From the IMG/VR virus record IMGVR_UViG_3300020371_000002: a DNA stretch of 64,000 nucleotides, one strand, 5' to 3'. A program made the translations under genes and the position numbers. This DNA is from a virus (Duplodnaviria > Caudoviricetes). The notes beneath the pieces are model-generated. The model was not told where the DNA came from. It ran no database searches and saw only the letters and a program-made list of their open reading frames with translations. Below, in pieces: positions 1 to 8,938 of this stretch. How positions within the stretch are numbered: the first letter of the stretch is position 1; every line of letters starts with the position of its first letter.

Positions 1-1937
1 CCCTTCTTCGACTTCTTAATGGACAGGTAGTCTCTAGGAGGTTCGATTCCATTTGTTGCATTTGACACAACGGAACTGCTCTCCGAAGGCATTTGTGCGG
101 ACAGAGTGCTGTGCCTGATTCCGTGCTGTTTGATAGATTCCCTAAGAGACTCCCAATCACGCTCATATCCTGGGTTTGAAATTTCATCTACATCCTTCTT
201 ATATGTATCGATCGGCAAAATCCCATCAGAATATTTTGTTGACATAAACTCAGCACATGGACCCTTCTCTTTTGCAAGTTGATTAGAAGATTTCAACAAG
301 AAATATTGGAAAGATTCGGACAGTTTATGTACTGCGTCCCAGGCGTCCTGTGAGTCGTACTTCCACCCATGTTTAGCAAGATAATGTGCGAGACCGATGT
401 AACCCACTCCAAGGGATCTACGACCCAATGTGGCGAGTTCTGCGGCTGCAACTGGATAGTGTTGATAATCAATCAACTCCTCCAATGCACGGACGGATAG
501 ATCACATAAATTTTCCAGTTCATCGAGATCTCTGATCTTACCAACATTGATGGCAGACAGAATGCACAAAGCAATCTCACCAGACACATCATCAATATGT
601 TGAAGTGGGTCTGTAGGCAGGGTGATCTCTTGACACAAGTTACTCATATTCACCTTGTCCTTGAAGGACGAGTGAGTATTACAATGGTCGATGTTCATCA
701 GATACAAACGGCCAGTCTCTGCACGTTCCTTCAGAATGTCCAGAATGAGTTTTTGAGCTGGGATAGTTTTTCTCGGAATAGATCCATCAGATTCATAACG
801 TGTATAGAGATCATCAAATCCATCAGTACCAAAAGCATCATAAAGGCCTGGAACATCGTGAGGCGAGAAGAGGGAGATGTCTCCGTTCTGGATGAATCTT
901 TCGTAGAAGAGTTTTGAGATTTGGATGGAGTAGTCGAGTTTTCTGACACGGTTGTCCTCTGTACCTTTATTGTTCTTCAGGACGATGATGTCTTCGATTT
1001 CTTGGTGCCAGATTGGGAAGTGGACAGTCGCTGAGCCACCTCGAATTCCATTCTGTGTACAGCATCTGACAGTCGATTCAAACTTTTTAAGGAAAGGTAC
1101 AACACCTGTGTGTTGAACTTCGCCGCCTCGGATCTTACTGTTGATGCCACGGATTCTGCCTGCGTTGATACCGATTCCCGCCCTTTGTGCAACGTATTTG
1201 CCAATTGCCATATCAGAGCTAAAGATAGAATCGAGGGTGTCATCAACATCAACAAGAACACAGCTAGCAAACTGTCGAAGTGGAGTTCGCACTCCTCCCA
1301 TGATAGGTGTGGGAATGTTGATTTTGTGTTTGGAGATTGCGTCGTAGTATCGTTTGACATAATCGAGTCGATTTTCTGGAGGATACTCAGCAAAGATCGT
1401 CATGGCAATCAAGATGTACATGAATTGTGGTACTTCAAAGACCTTACCACTACTACGATCTTGTACGAGATATTTGTCTACGACCTGTCGAAGAGCTGCA
1501 TAAGTGAATAGAAAGTCACGATCATGGTCGATAAAACTATTTACCTTTTCGATCTCTTCATCTGTATATTTGTTAAGAATATCTTTGTCATAGATACCTC
1601 TCTCAACACCCGAATTAATTTGATCACGGAGATGAGGCATGTCCCTCAATCTTCCATAAAGTCCCTTCCTCAAAGAAAACAGAAGTAGCCTAGAGGCAAC
1701 AAACTGATAGTTGGGATGGTCAAGATCAATTAGATCACTCGCAGATCTGATGAGGATTTCCTGAATTTGTGCGGTAGTGATTCCGTCGAAAAACTGAATA
1801 CCCGAATTGATTTCAACCTGACTGGCAGATACTTGTGCAAGCCCCTCGCAGGCCTGTTCTACCATTTTATGCATCTTCTCTAGATCAATAGACTCGATTG
1901 ATCCATTTCTTTTCACTACTTTGATGCCGTTACTCAT
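1..1937 (-). CDS. nrdA: ribonucleotide reductase class Ia alpha subunit (3' end beyond window edge)
   Basis: Hand-translated, not in ORF track: MSNGIKVVKRNGSIESIDLEKMHK (ATP cone), PTPIMGGVRTPLRQFASCVL, catalytic SNLCQEITLP, SAQMPSESSSVVSNATNGIEPP. ATG overlaps the primase TGA (ATGA); no internal stop seen. Confidence 0.96.
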   Translation of the reverse strand, partial: MSNGIKVVKRNGSIESIDLEKMHKMVEQACEGLAQVSASQVEINSGIQFFDGITTAQIQEILIRSASDLIDLDHPNYQFVASRLLLFSLRKGLYGRLRDMPHLRDQINSGVERGIYDKDILNKYTDEEIEKVNSFIDHDRDFLFTYAALRQVVDKYLVQDRSSGKVFEVPQFMYILIAMTIFAEYPPENRLDYVKRYYDAISKHKINIPTPIMGGVRTPLRQFASCVLVDVDDTLDSIFSSDMAIGKYVAQRAGIGINAGRIRGINSKIRGGEVQHTGVVPFLKKFESTVRCCTQNGIRGGSATVHFPIWHQEIEDIIVLKNNKGTEDNRVRKLDYSIQISKLFYERFIQNGDISLFSPHDVPGLYDAFGTDGFDDLYTRYESDGSIPRKTIPAQKLILDILKERAETGRLYLMNIDHCNTHSSFKDKVNMSNLCQEITLPTDPLQHIDDVSGEIALCILSAINVGKIRDLDELENLCDLSVRALEELIDYQHYPVAAAELATLGRRSLGVGYIGLAHYLAKHGWKYDSQDAWDAVHKLSESFQYFLLKSSNQLAKEKGPCAEFMSTKYSDGILPIDTYKKDVDEISNPGYERDWESLRESIKQHGIRHSTLSAQMPSESSSVVSNATNGIEPPRDYLSIKKSKK

Positions 1938-2932
1938 GTTCGTTTCCAAGTTTGTAATTTAAGTTTTGCTTCTAATCCTTGATAGATGTTTGATTCTACC
2001 ACTTCCTGAACGTTAAGTCCAGATAAAAACATATCGTTGAGATCTTTCTCTTGTATCTCCTTAGGGAAGATGACTACCTTATGACCGAGCTGGGCGGTTC
2101 TCTCAATCTTCTTAACAATTTCTCTGTTTCGTGGTTCGTTGTCGAAGACGAATACGAACTGATGATCCAGAGTGCGGAGGTCAACATCGCTACCACACAT
2201 AGCAATAGCGTTTCTAAGGAAATGACTGTCGAATGGTCCTTCGGTGACATAGATTTGTTCATTGGTTTTAACAGAATCGAGGCCATATACTTTAAGAGCA
2301 TCGTCTTGAAGCATAATGGTTATGTACTTTATCTTAGATTTTGGTACAAGTGAACGTCCCTGATATCCAATGATTACTCCGTCACGTCGGAGAGGAATGA
2401 TGATGCGTGGCTCATCTTTTGTAACATCATCGAAGGTCTCCTTGTGTTTGTTTGTCCACTCTTTAAAGTTCTCGACGTAGTACAAATCTTCCAGTGCCTG
2501 ACTGGGAAGTCGTCTACCCTGTTCTAAGTAAATTCGAGCTGGATGTTCTTTATTTAGGTCAGAGATTTTTGGCAAACCACTCAAAATATCCTTCTTTTTG
2601 AAGACTGGTTTGGGGATAGAAATCTTGGGTTTAGGTGTGTTTGAGGCACGTCCTGTAGTACCCCTTTTATACCTCTCCATGACGTACTGATCATGCAAGA
2701 TAGTATCCTGATCCTTTAGAAAGTTTGTGAAGGTTCTGGTGACGCCACAGTTATGACATTTGAAATTATAATCATTTTTAATGATATACAAATATCCCCT
2801 AGCTTTATTCTTATGTTTCTGGGAATCACCACAATAAGGACAACGGAAGTTATACAACCCCCGTTTCTTTCTGGCAAATTTCTGTAAGCGTGACGATACT
2901 AATCCGATGTACTTGTCGTCAACGTGTACCAT
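1934..2932 (-). CDS. gp61: DNA primase (T4 gp61-like)
   Basis: Zn ribbon YNFRCPYCGDS...FKCHNCG; TOPRIM motifs YVTEGPFDS and FVFDNEPRN; KDLNDM. Confidence 0.96.
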   Translation of the reverse strand: MVHVDDKYIGLVSSRLQKFARKKRGLYNFRCPYCGDSQKHKNKARGYLYIIKNDYNFKCHNCGVTRTFTNFLKDQDTILHDQYVMERYKRGTTGRASNTPKPKISIPKPVFKKKDILSGLPKISDLNKEHPARIYLEQGRRLPSQALEDLYYVENFKEWTNKHKETFDDVTKDEPRIIIPLRRDGVIIGYQGRSLVPKSKIKYITIMLQDDALKVYGLDSVKTNEQIYVTEGPFDSHFLRNAIAMCGSDVDLRTLDHQFVFVFDNEPRNREIVKKIERTAQLGHKVVIFPKEIQEKDLNDMFLSGLNVQEVVESNIYQGLEAKLKLQTWKRT

Positions 2933-3317
2933 TTACTAGAGCCACTGTAGGTCTCCCTAGTATAACAGATGACTGTTCGTTTGACAATCGATTTAAAATA
3001 GTCTGTCCCATCGGACTGACGAGGAATGAGATGACTGCTATTGCTCCTGCAATACTCCACATCTTTCTCTCTAACATCCTCAGGCGATTCTCTACAAGTC
3101 TTATATCTCTCTCGCAACCTGTTTTTATTTCTTTCGTCCTTTCTTCTACACACTGGTGCAGTTTATCTACCTTTTCAAAAAGAACTGCATCAATGCGATC
3201 CTGTTTATCTAACTTTTCATTATGGACTGCTAAAAGCTGTCCCATCTTTACTGAGTTTTCTTGGAGAGTATCTACTACTTTTTCTAATCTTTCCAAGATT
3301 GCGGAGTTAACGTCCAT
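2919..3317 (-). CDS. hypothetical coiled-coil protein with C-terminal hydrophobic helix
   Basis: Heptad-rich helix followed by KMWSIAGAIAVISFLVSP; in operon context. Confidence 0.75.
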   Translation of the reverse strand: MDVNSAILERLEKVVDTLQENSVKMGQLLAVHNEKLDKQDRIDAVLFEKVDKLHQCVEERTKEIKTGCERDIRLVENRLRMLERKMWSIAGAIAVISFLVSPMGQTILNRLSNEQSSVILGRPTVALVNGTR

Positions 3318-3489
3318 TTTTCTTCAGGTCTTTAACGGTTTTGAGTCTCCTCTTCAGAGGCTTAGACATAACCTTGTCATATCCCGCTACGGGTCCTTCA
3401 GGAGCAGCTGCAGATGTAAAACCACCCGTACCTACAGCCATGTTTTCGTGAACAACCTTTCTGATGTTTTGGAGGATATGATCTTTCAT
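3307..3489 (-). CDS. small hypothetical protein
   Basis: MKDHILQNIRK...GGFTSAAAPEGPVAGYD; the ATG at 3489 overlaps the upstream TGA (ATGA). Confidence 0.65.
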   Translation of the reverse strand: MKDHILQNIRKVVHENMAVGTGGFTSAAAPEGPVAGYDKVMSKPLKRRLKTVKDLKKNGR

Positions 3490-3857
3490 AAGTTCTGCAG
3501 TTCTTCTAAACACACAGGATCGACTTTAATGTCGTGCAATTCAGTCTTTGGATAATCAGGGAGTCTTCCCAAATAAAGTACAAATGTTTTAACGACAGGC
3601 CAAAGGTCCTTGTCGATTTTAAAAAATAACAACGGTGTTGCTGCCTCACCAAAAACATTATAGAGGATAATAAAGTGATTAATAAGTAGATGGGCTTTCA
3701 AAACGCCAGTAGTCCTGTAACGTTTCAAAAGCCTCTTTATCCACTTGAATCTTTTTAGATCCTCTTCAAAATCCTCTTGCGTCACTGCGTGAGGATTTTC
3801 GTAGTTTTTTATGGCAAAAATAACATAGTTGCTATCATTTAGCTCATCAAATCTCAT
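3486..3857 (-). CDS. conserved T4-like hypothetical protein
   Basis: MRFDELNDSNYVIFAIKNYENP...HLLINHFIILYNVFG, recalled as a conserved T4-like phage family. Confidence 0.8.
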   Translation of the reverse strand: MRFDELNDSNYVIFAIKNYENPHAVTQEDFEEDLKRFKWIKRLLKRYRTTGVLKAHLLINHFIILYNVFGEAATPLLFFKIDKDLWPVVKTFVLYLGRLPDYPKTELHDIKVDPVCLEELQNL

Positions 3858-3888
3858 AACGGTATTCTATTTTACCTTAAGGTATATA

Positions 3889-4380
3889 TCAGCTATCTGC
3901 TAAGATAGAATCGTCGGATGCGTCTCCGCTGATAGTAGAACCTGCAACAAATACTTCAGTTTTAGTTCTGGTGTTTCCATGTTGATCGGTATATGTTTTA
4001 ATACCAACCCAACCAGCGTGTGCAACTTCGTAGATACCACCGCGTGCTGCACCAACCTCAGCTGGATCTGCACCGAAAACTTCATTACCTGCGAATGCTG
4101 CATCCTTCACAAGGTACTTAGGCGACTCACTAATGTTGAAAGACTGGGTTAAACCAGATCCAGCAGTAAGACCTGCTGCACTATCCAGAGTGAGTTGTGT
4201 ATCCGAATCAACCGACTTGATAACTCCAGAACCATATGCACCCATGGTGATCACCTGACCTGCAGCAACAAGCCCCGATGCGGAGAAAGTTGTTCCAGAT
4301 CCAGTAACTACTCCACCAGCAGTAATGGTTGTAACGTTACCAGTCGCGTATACTGTATCTTTATTTCCCCAAAGAGACAT
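3889..4380 (-). CDS. putative virion structural protein (G/A/T/S-rich, beta-type)
   Basis: MSLWGNKD...HAGWVGIKTYTDQHGN; perfect late promoter TATAAATA 35 nt upstream. Confidence 0.7.
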   Translation of the reverse strand: MSLWGNKDTVYATGNVTTITAGGVVTGSGTTFSASGLVAAGQVITMGAYGSGVIKSVDSDTQLTLDSAAGLTAGSGLTQSFNISESPKYLVKDAAFAGNEVFGADPAEVGAARGGIYEVAHAGWVGIKTYTDQHGNTRTKTEVFVAGSTISGDASDDSILADS

Positions 4381-4414
4381 GGGCTTGACTCCAATATTAA
4401 TTATGATCTAGATT

Positions 4415-4422
4415 TATTTATA
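4415..4422 (-). promoter_or_regulatory. T4-type late promoter TATAAATA
   Basis: Forward tatttata = TATAAATA on the minus strand, upstream of ORF 3889..4380. Confidence 0.85.
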
Positions 4423-4448
4423 AAAAAAGAGACCCCGTATGGGGTCTC
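4422..4448 (-). terminator. rho-independent terminator
   Basis: GAGACCCC-ATAC-GGGGTCTC followed by a T7 tract on the minus strand. Confidence 0.85.
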
Positions 4449-4469
4449 AATGAAAATTTTATTCTCTTA

Positions 4470-4673
4470 TCAAGCCTCTTCTCTAGTCTTAATTGCGGCC
4501 GTAACTGTTTCTAACAGTTTATCATCCATGTCGGTCTTAGTCAGCTTGACTGCCTTTCCAAGAATGACTAGGCAAATTTCGATTAGTTTTTCTCCAAGTT
4601 CCTCGTTTTCGGGAATCTTTGCAACAGCATCAGTAATAATTTTTGATGCGAGTGGTAGTAAGAATGATAGCAT
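4470..4673 (-). CDS. small hypothetical helical protein
   Basis: 67 aa, MLSFLLPLASKII...TDMDDKLLE; TAAATA at 4699-4704 upstream. Confidence 0.75.
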   Translation of the reverse strand: MLSFLLPLASKIITDAVAKIPENEELGEKLIEICLVILGKAVKLTKTDMDDKLLETVTAAIKTREEA

Positions 4674-4707
4674 AATAATATCAAACAGGGTACGCCCCTA
4701 TTTAGTA

Positions 4708-4932
4708 TCAACCTGCCTCAAGAGGAGATGTTCCTGTTGCGGAAGGAATATAATATCCACCATTCATAGAACTTGGTTCTGGATCCACTGGGTGCTCTAC
4801 ACTAGAAGGTGCAGTATCTTCTTTTAATTCTTCTTCAATCACTGCCTCATAATTTGTAGTGTCTTCCTCAACAATGGGTGACCCTACAACTTCTTCCTTC
4901 TTTCCTCCTAGGAGGTCTCCAAATCTAGTCAT
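4708..4932 (-). CDS. small acidic hypothetical protein
   Basis: 74 aa, Glu/Pro-rich; TAAATA at 4956-4961 upstream. Confidence 0.65.
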   Translation of the reverse strand: MTRFGDLLGGKKEEVVGSPIVEEDTTNYEAVIEEELKEDTAPSSVEHPVDPEPSSMNGGYYIPSATGTSPLEAG

Positions 4933-4958
4933 GGGTTTTCTCTATAATACTAGTTTAT

Positions 4959-5213
4959 TTATCTACCTGCATCAGCATTCACTTGAGTGCCTTTCATGGT
5001 AGCAGCTCCTCTAAGTCCTTGACCTGCGTCTAAGTGAATTACGATACCACTTCCTGCAGGGATGTTGATGGAACCCAAGTCAGCATCATCAGCTGCATTT
5101 CGAAGAGTTACATCGCCAGCACTAGAGTCAGTATTAGATACCCAGACTGCTGTTGTTGTTTTGAATTTAGTTGTTCCTGTTGCCAGAGCAGTGACAGTTC
5201 CGAGAATTTTCAT
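4959..5213 (-). CDS. small hypothetical protein, possibly structural
   Basis: 84 aa, small-residue beta-strand pattern; TAAATA at 5235-5240 upstream. Confidence 0.7.
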   Translation of the reverse strand: MKILGTVTALATGTTKFKTTTAVWVSNTDSSAGDVTLRNAADDADLGSINIPAGSGIVIHLDAGQGLRGAATMKGTQVNADAGR

Positions 5214-5237
5214 CGTAACACTAACCTTTTCAATTAT

Positions 5238-5498
5238 TTAGTCAAAATCTTTCTCTTCTTCTGGCATGAGAGTAGTCATAACACCCATTCTTTTCGCCCA
5301 AGTATCCCCAGTTTCGTCTCCTCTAATGGGATTGATACACTGGTCGTCTCCTAATTTATTACATACTAGACCAGCAAGGTCGGCTTCGTTTCCAGTCCTC
5401 CCTGTGTTCCACATGTGTTGTCCATTAATCCATGTGGCGCCACATTTTGGGCATTCCTTCCTCTCTAAAGAGAGGTCGGACAGCTCTTTCTCAGACAT
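5238..5498 (-). CDS. conserved cyanophage-type hypothetical protein with CxxC
   Basis: MSEKELSDLSLERKECPKCGATWING...LAGLVCN; start reassigned to ATG 5498. Confidence 0.7.
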   Translation of the reverse strand: MSEKELSDLSLERKECPKCGATWINGQHMWNTGRTGNEADLAGLVCNKLGDDQCINPIRGDETGDTWAKRMGVMTTLMPEEEKDFD

Positions 5499-5691
5499 TA
5501 AAATCTCTCCAATCTTTTGGTGGTTTACCAAGTTGTTTTTCTAACCGCTTACGCATGTAATACATTCTAACTTTCACATATGCATACTTAACTTGCAAAT
5601 CTGCGTATGATACTAGTCTCATTGTTTCTTCGATGCCAGCGTATGCTACCAACAGTAGAAACAATGCTACTAAAAAGTAGAAAAGAGTCAT
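5491..5691 (-). CDS. small membrane protein
   Basis: N-terminal hydrophobic helix MTLFYFLVALFLLLVAYAG; TAAATA at 5725-5730 upstream. Confidence 0.7.
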   Translation of the reverse strand: MTLFYFLVALFLLLVAYAGIEETMRLVSYADLQVKYAYVKVRMYYMRKRLEKQLGKPPKDWRDFNV

Positions 5692-5800
5692 AAGCTTAGT
5701 ATCAACTCGATACCATTCTACTACTATTTAGAAAAAATAGTGTAAAATTATGTAAAGATATCTCTATAGTTCTGTAAATGTGGTATAATCCCACACTTTA

Positions 5801-8191
5801 TTAACAATTCCAGGCCCTGAGAGACTTATTGATGCGGGAATCAGGATCGTTGGCAGTCTTTTTAGATGTCAACTTCTTCTTCATTCCACTCATTCTCGCA
5901 CAAAAACTCTTTCTACGAGGGTTCCCAACTTTCTTTGAAGGTCTCTTAAGATCGCTTCCTGGATTTTCTCTTTCGTAGCTCTTGCGTCCTTTTTCATTTA
6001 ATCCACCTTCAGGGTTTTTGCCAGACTTTTTTTGCCAATCTTCCTTTACATCAGCAGCAGCCTTACCAGAGTAAGACTTCTTGGCATTCCTCTTAACAGT
6101 ATCACTAATTTCTTTTCTACGCAAGGCATCAACAATCTTTCTTCTCTTACTATTCAAGAGAGGAGGATTTGTCTTGTCAATTGCTCTGATAGCAGCTCTG
6201 ACAATTCTTCCCTCATGTACTGTCTCCTCACGCACAGGCTTACAGTTAGGAACCATACGGTTGCCTTTCTTCTTCATACCATATGCTCTGTAACCCTTCC
6301 AACACTTCTCCATAAGTCTTTCGAAGGTATAGTTTTCAAACTCTTCCTTCTTAGTCTTATTACCCCAGTTGGCAGCACCCTTCTTACGACACTGAACAAG
6401 GCGACCAGATGCATATGCAGAAGGCCATACCTTAGCAGTTGCTTTTACTTTCTTATAACAAGCATCCTTTTCACCTGCAGCCTCTTTCATCGCACGTTTT
6501 GCTTTTGCTTTTGCAAGCAATCTTTCTCTGGCTGCATCTCGTTCGTTCTTAGGAATAGAAGTTACAGCACCTAATTTTTCGGCAGGTTTGCCTGGAACGT
6601 GTGATTCTTTCATGGTTTCCTCAGTCTTAACGTTGATTGCCTTTCCTTTTCTATCTGGATTGGGATCTTTTCTATTCTTTCTACGGAACGCAGCCTCTTC
6701 CTCATCTTTACTGAGGTTTCTCTTCATCTTAGAAGATCCACACTTGGGTTTTGTGGTTTGTCCTGGCTGTTTGGCGCAGGGCTTTCCTGAGTATTTACCG
6801 CCCAGTTGAACCCAACCAGGGGTGCCATCAGAAGAGCGACTCTTGCCAAACCAGTCACGCAAAGAATTATCACCACTCTTGTTCCCCTCCGAGACCGACC
6901 CACCGCCGTTCCCGTTTCCACCTTCGCCGTTTCCGTTTCCGTTTCCGTTACCTTCTTTCGGTTTAGAATCATCATCTTCATCTTTTTCAATGTATCCACC
7001 ACGGCCTACATGCCACCCACGGGGAATAGTCTTACACTTTTTATCAGTATAACACCAATATTTACCATCTGGACATTTCTTAGCCTCATCTTCAATAATC
7101 TCATGTGCAGTAAAGTCAACAACATGAGCCATGACATTACCATGCATGTCCTCTACGGTACTAAAACCTTCACCATAAAGAGCAGGACCTTTAGTCTTTG
7201 ACTTTGCAGCCCTTCTCTCCCCCTCTGTCGATCCTTGTTGAGAGAGGGTTCTAATCTTTTTTGCTCTTTGTGCCTGTCTATGTTTCTGGGGATCAATCTC
7301 AAATGATTCCTTAGATACTTTCTTCTCAGGGAGACCTTTATGCTTTGTTGATGCAAAGTCCTTTACATCTTTTTTCTTCATAGATGCAGCAACCTGTGCA
7401 ACCTCAGGAGATGCAGCACCTTCACCCTTCTGAGCAGCACGAACCATACCCATGAAACGTTGTTGTTTCCTAGATACAGCCTCTTCTTTAATATCTGGAT
7501 TAACCGTGATGGTATTTTTACCACTCATCGGTTTAATAATTTTTTGACCCTCAGTCTCTTTCTTTTTATCTACTTCCCATAGATACTCCTCTTTCCAAGG
7601 ATCCTGTGGCTTGTTAGACTTCCAAGGATCTGTAACTTTCTTTGCAGGTTTTGCAGAAGGTTTAGATACACCTGTCTTAAGTCCTCTATTCTTAGACTTA
7701 GAGAACATTCTCTGACCAATAGCCTTTGCTTTAGTCTTAAGTTTCTGATCAACACCAGTTGCAGCAACTGCGGCTTTACCAAGTCCACTTGCAGCGTTAC
7801 CAAGATTGGAGGCAAGAGCACCATATCCACCAGCATCACCAGTGAATGTGGATCCACTCTGGACCTTAGGACCAGAAGTAGCCTGTTTTAGACCCGCTTT
7901 TACACGGTCCATTCTCTCCTGACCAGCAGTTTTTTGTTTGGTCAACTGTTGAGCTCTCTTTCTAAGAGCCTTTGCTCTCTGCATCCTGTTTTGTTTTGCA
8001 GCAAGAGAATCGGCTCTTTGACCCTTCTCCATTGCAGTCTTCGCCTTATCTACAAACTTGTCTGCTCTCTTAGCAGCTGCAGCGGCAGGCGAAGTCTTAG
8101 ATACGGGAACCTTAGAAAGGGCATCTTTGCGAGCCTGTTTCTTAGGATCTCGGATAGAACCGATCAGATCGTCAAGACTTGGTTTTGCCAT
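5801..8191 (-). CDS. 796-aa Lys/Arg-rich modular protein, candidate internal-head polyprotein
   Basis: Long ORF of short basic modules separated by hydrophobic-x-Glu motifs; C-terminal WQKKSGKNPEGGLNEKGR...RINKSLRAWNC module recalled from other phages. Confidence 0.85.
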   Translation of the reverse strand: MAKPSLDDLIGSIRDPKKQARKDALSKVPVSKTSPAAAAAKRADKFVDKAKTAMEKGQRADSLAAKQNRMQRAKALRKRAQQLTKQKTAGQERMDRVKAGLKQATSGPKVQSGSTFTGDAGGYGALASNLGNAASGLGKAAVAATGVDQKLKTKAKAIGQRMFSKSKNRGLKTGVSKPSAKPAKKVTDPWKSNKPQDPWKEEYLWEVDKKKETEGQKIIKPMSGKNTITVNPDIKEEAVSRKQQRFMGMVRAAQKGEGAASPEVAQVAASMKKKDVKDFASTKHKGLPEKKVSKESFEIDPQKHRQAQRAKKIRTLSQQGSTEGERRAAKSKTKGPALYGEGFSTVEDMHGNVMAHVVDFTAHEIIEDEAKKCPDGKYWCYTDKKCKTIPRGWHVGRGGYIEKDEDDDSKPKEGNGNGNGNGEGGNGNGGGSVSEGNKSGDNSLRDWFGKSRSSDGTPGWVQLGGKYSGKPCAKQPGQTTKPKCGSSKMKRNLSKDEEEAAFRRKNRKDPNPDRKGKAINVKTEETMKESHVPGKPAEKLGAVTSIPKNERDAARERLLAKAKAKRAMKEAAGEKDACYKKVKATAKVWPSAYASGRLVQCRKKGAANWGNKTKKEEFENYTFERLMEKCWKGYRAYGMKKKGNRMVPNCKPVREETVHEGRIVRAAIRAIDKTNPPLLNSKRRKIVDALRRKEISDTVKRNAKKSYSGKAAADVKEDWQKKSGKNPEGGLNEKGRKSYERENPGSDLKRPSKKVGNPRRKSFCARMSGMKKKLTSKKTANDPDSRINKSLRAWNC
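6903..6952 (-). repeat. GN-coding hexamer microsatellite inside the 796-aa ORF
   Basis: Forward (ccgttt)n-like array encoding GNGNGNGNGEGGNGNGGG. Confidence 0.8.
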
Positions 8192-8194
8192 TTA

Positions 8195-8914
8195 TCAATA
8201 TCCCGAAGTATTTACCCTATCGTTATTGTCATTACCACTGTCACTGTTACCACTACCAGTGATTCTGTTTGCAATAGCATCAGAAGCAACTTGTTTTGCC
8301 ATTGGTTTTACTTTGGTAAGTGCTTTCTTTGCAAGTACCTTGGCACCACCCTTTGCAGCAATCTTAGCACCAGCCTTTGCAGCAAGACCCTTAGCAAGTG
8401 GGGCAAGTGCTGCAAGTGCAGGAAGTGCTTCTTGCATTAGTTCTTCTTTTGCAAGATGAGGGGCAGCTTTGTACAGTGGTTTACCCGTAATCTTGTTCTT
8501 CATACCAGCCTTGTAGTTCTGATATGCTTTTGTATTTCCTTTCTTATCCGCAGCAGTAACTGTGTATGCTTCTTCTACTTCCTCATTTTTGAATGAACCC
8601 TCTAGGCACTGACAAGGATCGCATCCACAAATAGGACAGTTTACAGACTCCTCAATTTCTGTTCTCTTTGCATTACAGATTACTGTTGCTTCTGCCTCAG
8701 TGAAGTCAGCAGCAATAAGTCTTTCGTATAAAGAACCAAGGTACTCAATGTGTGCTTCCGAGACCTTTCTCTTCTTCATTGCCGCCTTGATGGCTTTATC
8801 TCTGGAACCCATATACTCATCAGTTCCACTCTCTACCTTTCCGTCTCCATCATAATCCTTGTCGGCTTTTTTAGCCCCTTCATAAACCTTTTGATAAAGT
8901 TCCGATAAATCCAT
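8195..8914 (-). CDS. 239-aa modular hypothetical protein, candidate internal-head polyprotein
   Basis: Modules DYDGDGKVE, CPICGCDPCQC and an Ala/Lys amphipathic tract separated by x-x-E sites; TAAATA at 8940-8945 upstream. Confidence 0.8.
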   Translation of the reverse strand: MDLSELYQKVYEGAKKADKDYDGDGKVESGTDEYMGSRDKAIKAAMKKRKVSEAHIEYLGSLYERLIAADFTEAEATVICNAKRTEIEESVNCPICGCDPCQCLEGSFKNEEVEEAYTVTAADKKGNTKAYQNYKAGMKNKITGKPLYKAAPHLAKEELMQEALPALAALAPLAKGLAAKAGAKIAAKGGAKVLAKKALTKVKPMAKQVASDAIANRITGSGNSDSGNDNNDRVNTSGY

Positions 8915-8938
8915 TTTACTAACTAGACAGTGCTAGAC

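Noticed and set aside
2890-4827. Plus-strand ORFs of 221 aa (2890..3555) and 210 aa (4195..4827)
   Set aside because: They overlap well-supported minus-strand genes, promoters and a terminator, and their Ser/Leu/Cys-rich composition is typical of shadow frames
6903-6952. Hexamer repeat as a phase-variation or CRISPR-like element
   Set aside because: The unit is a multiple of three and encodes a Gly-Asn linker, so slippage would not shift the frame
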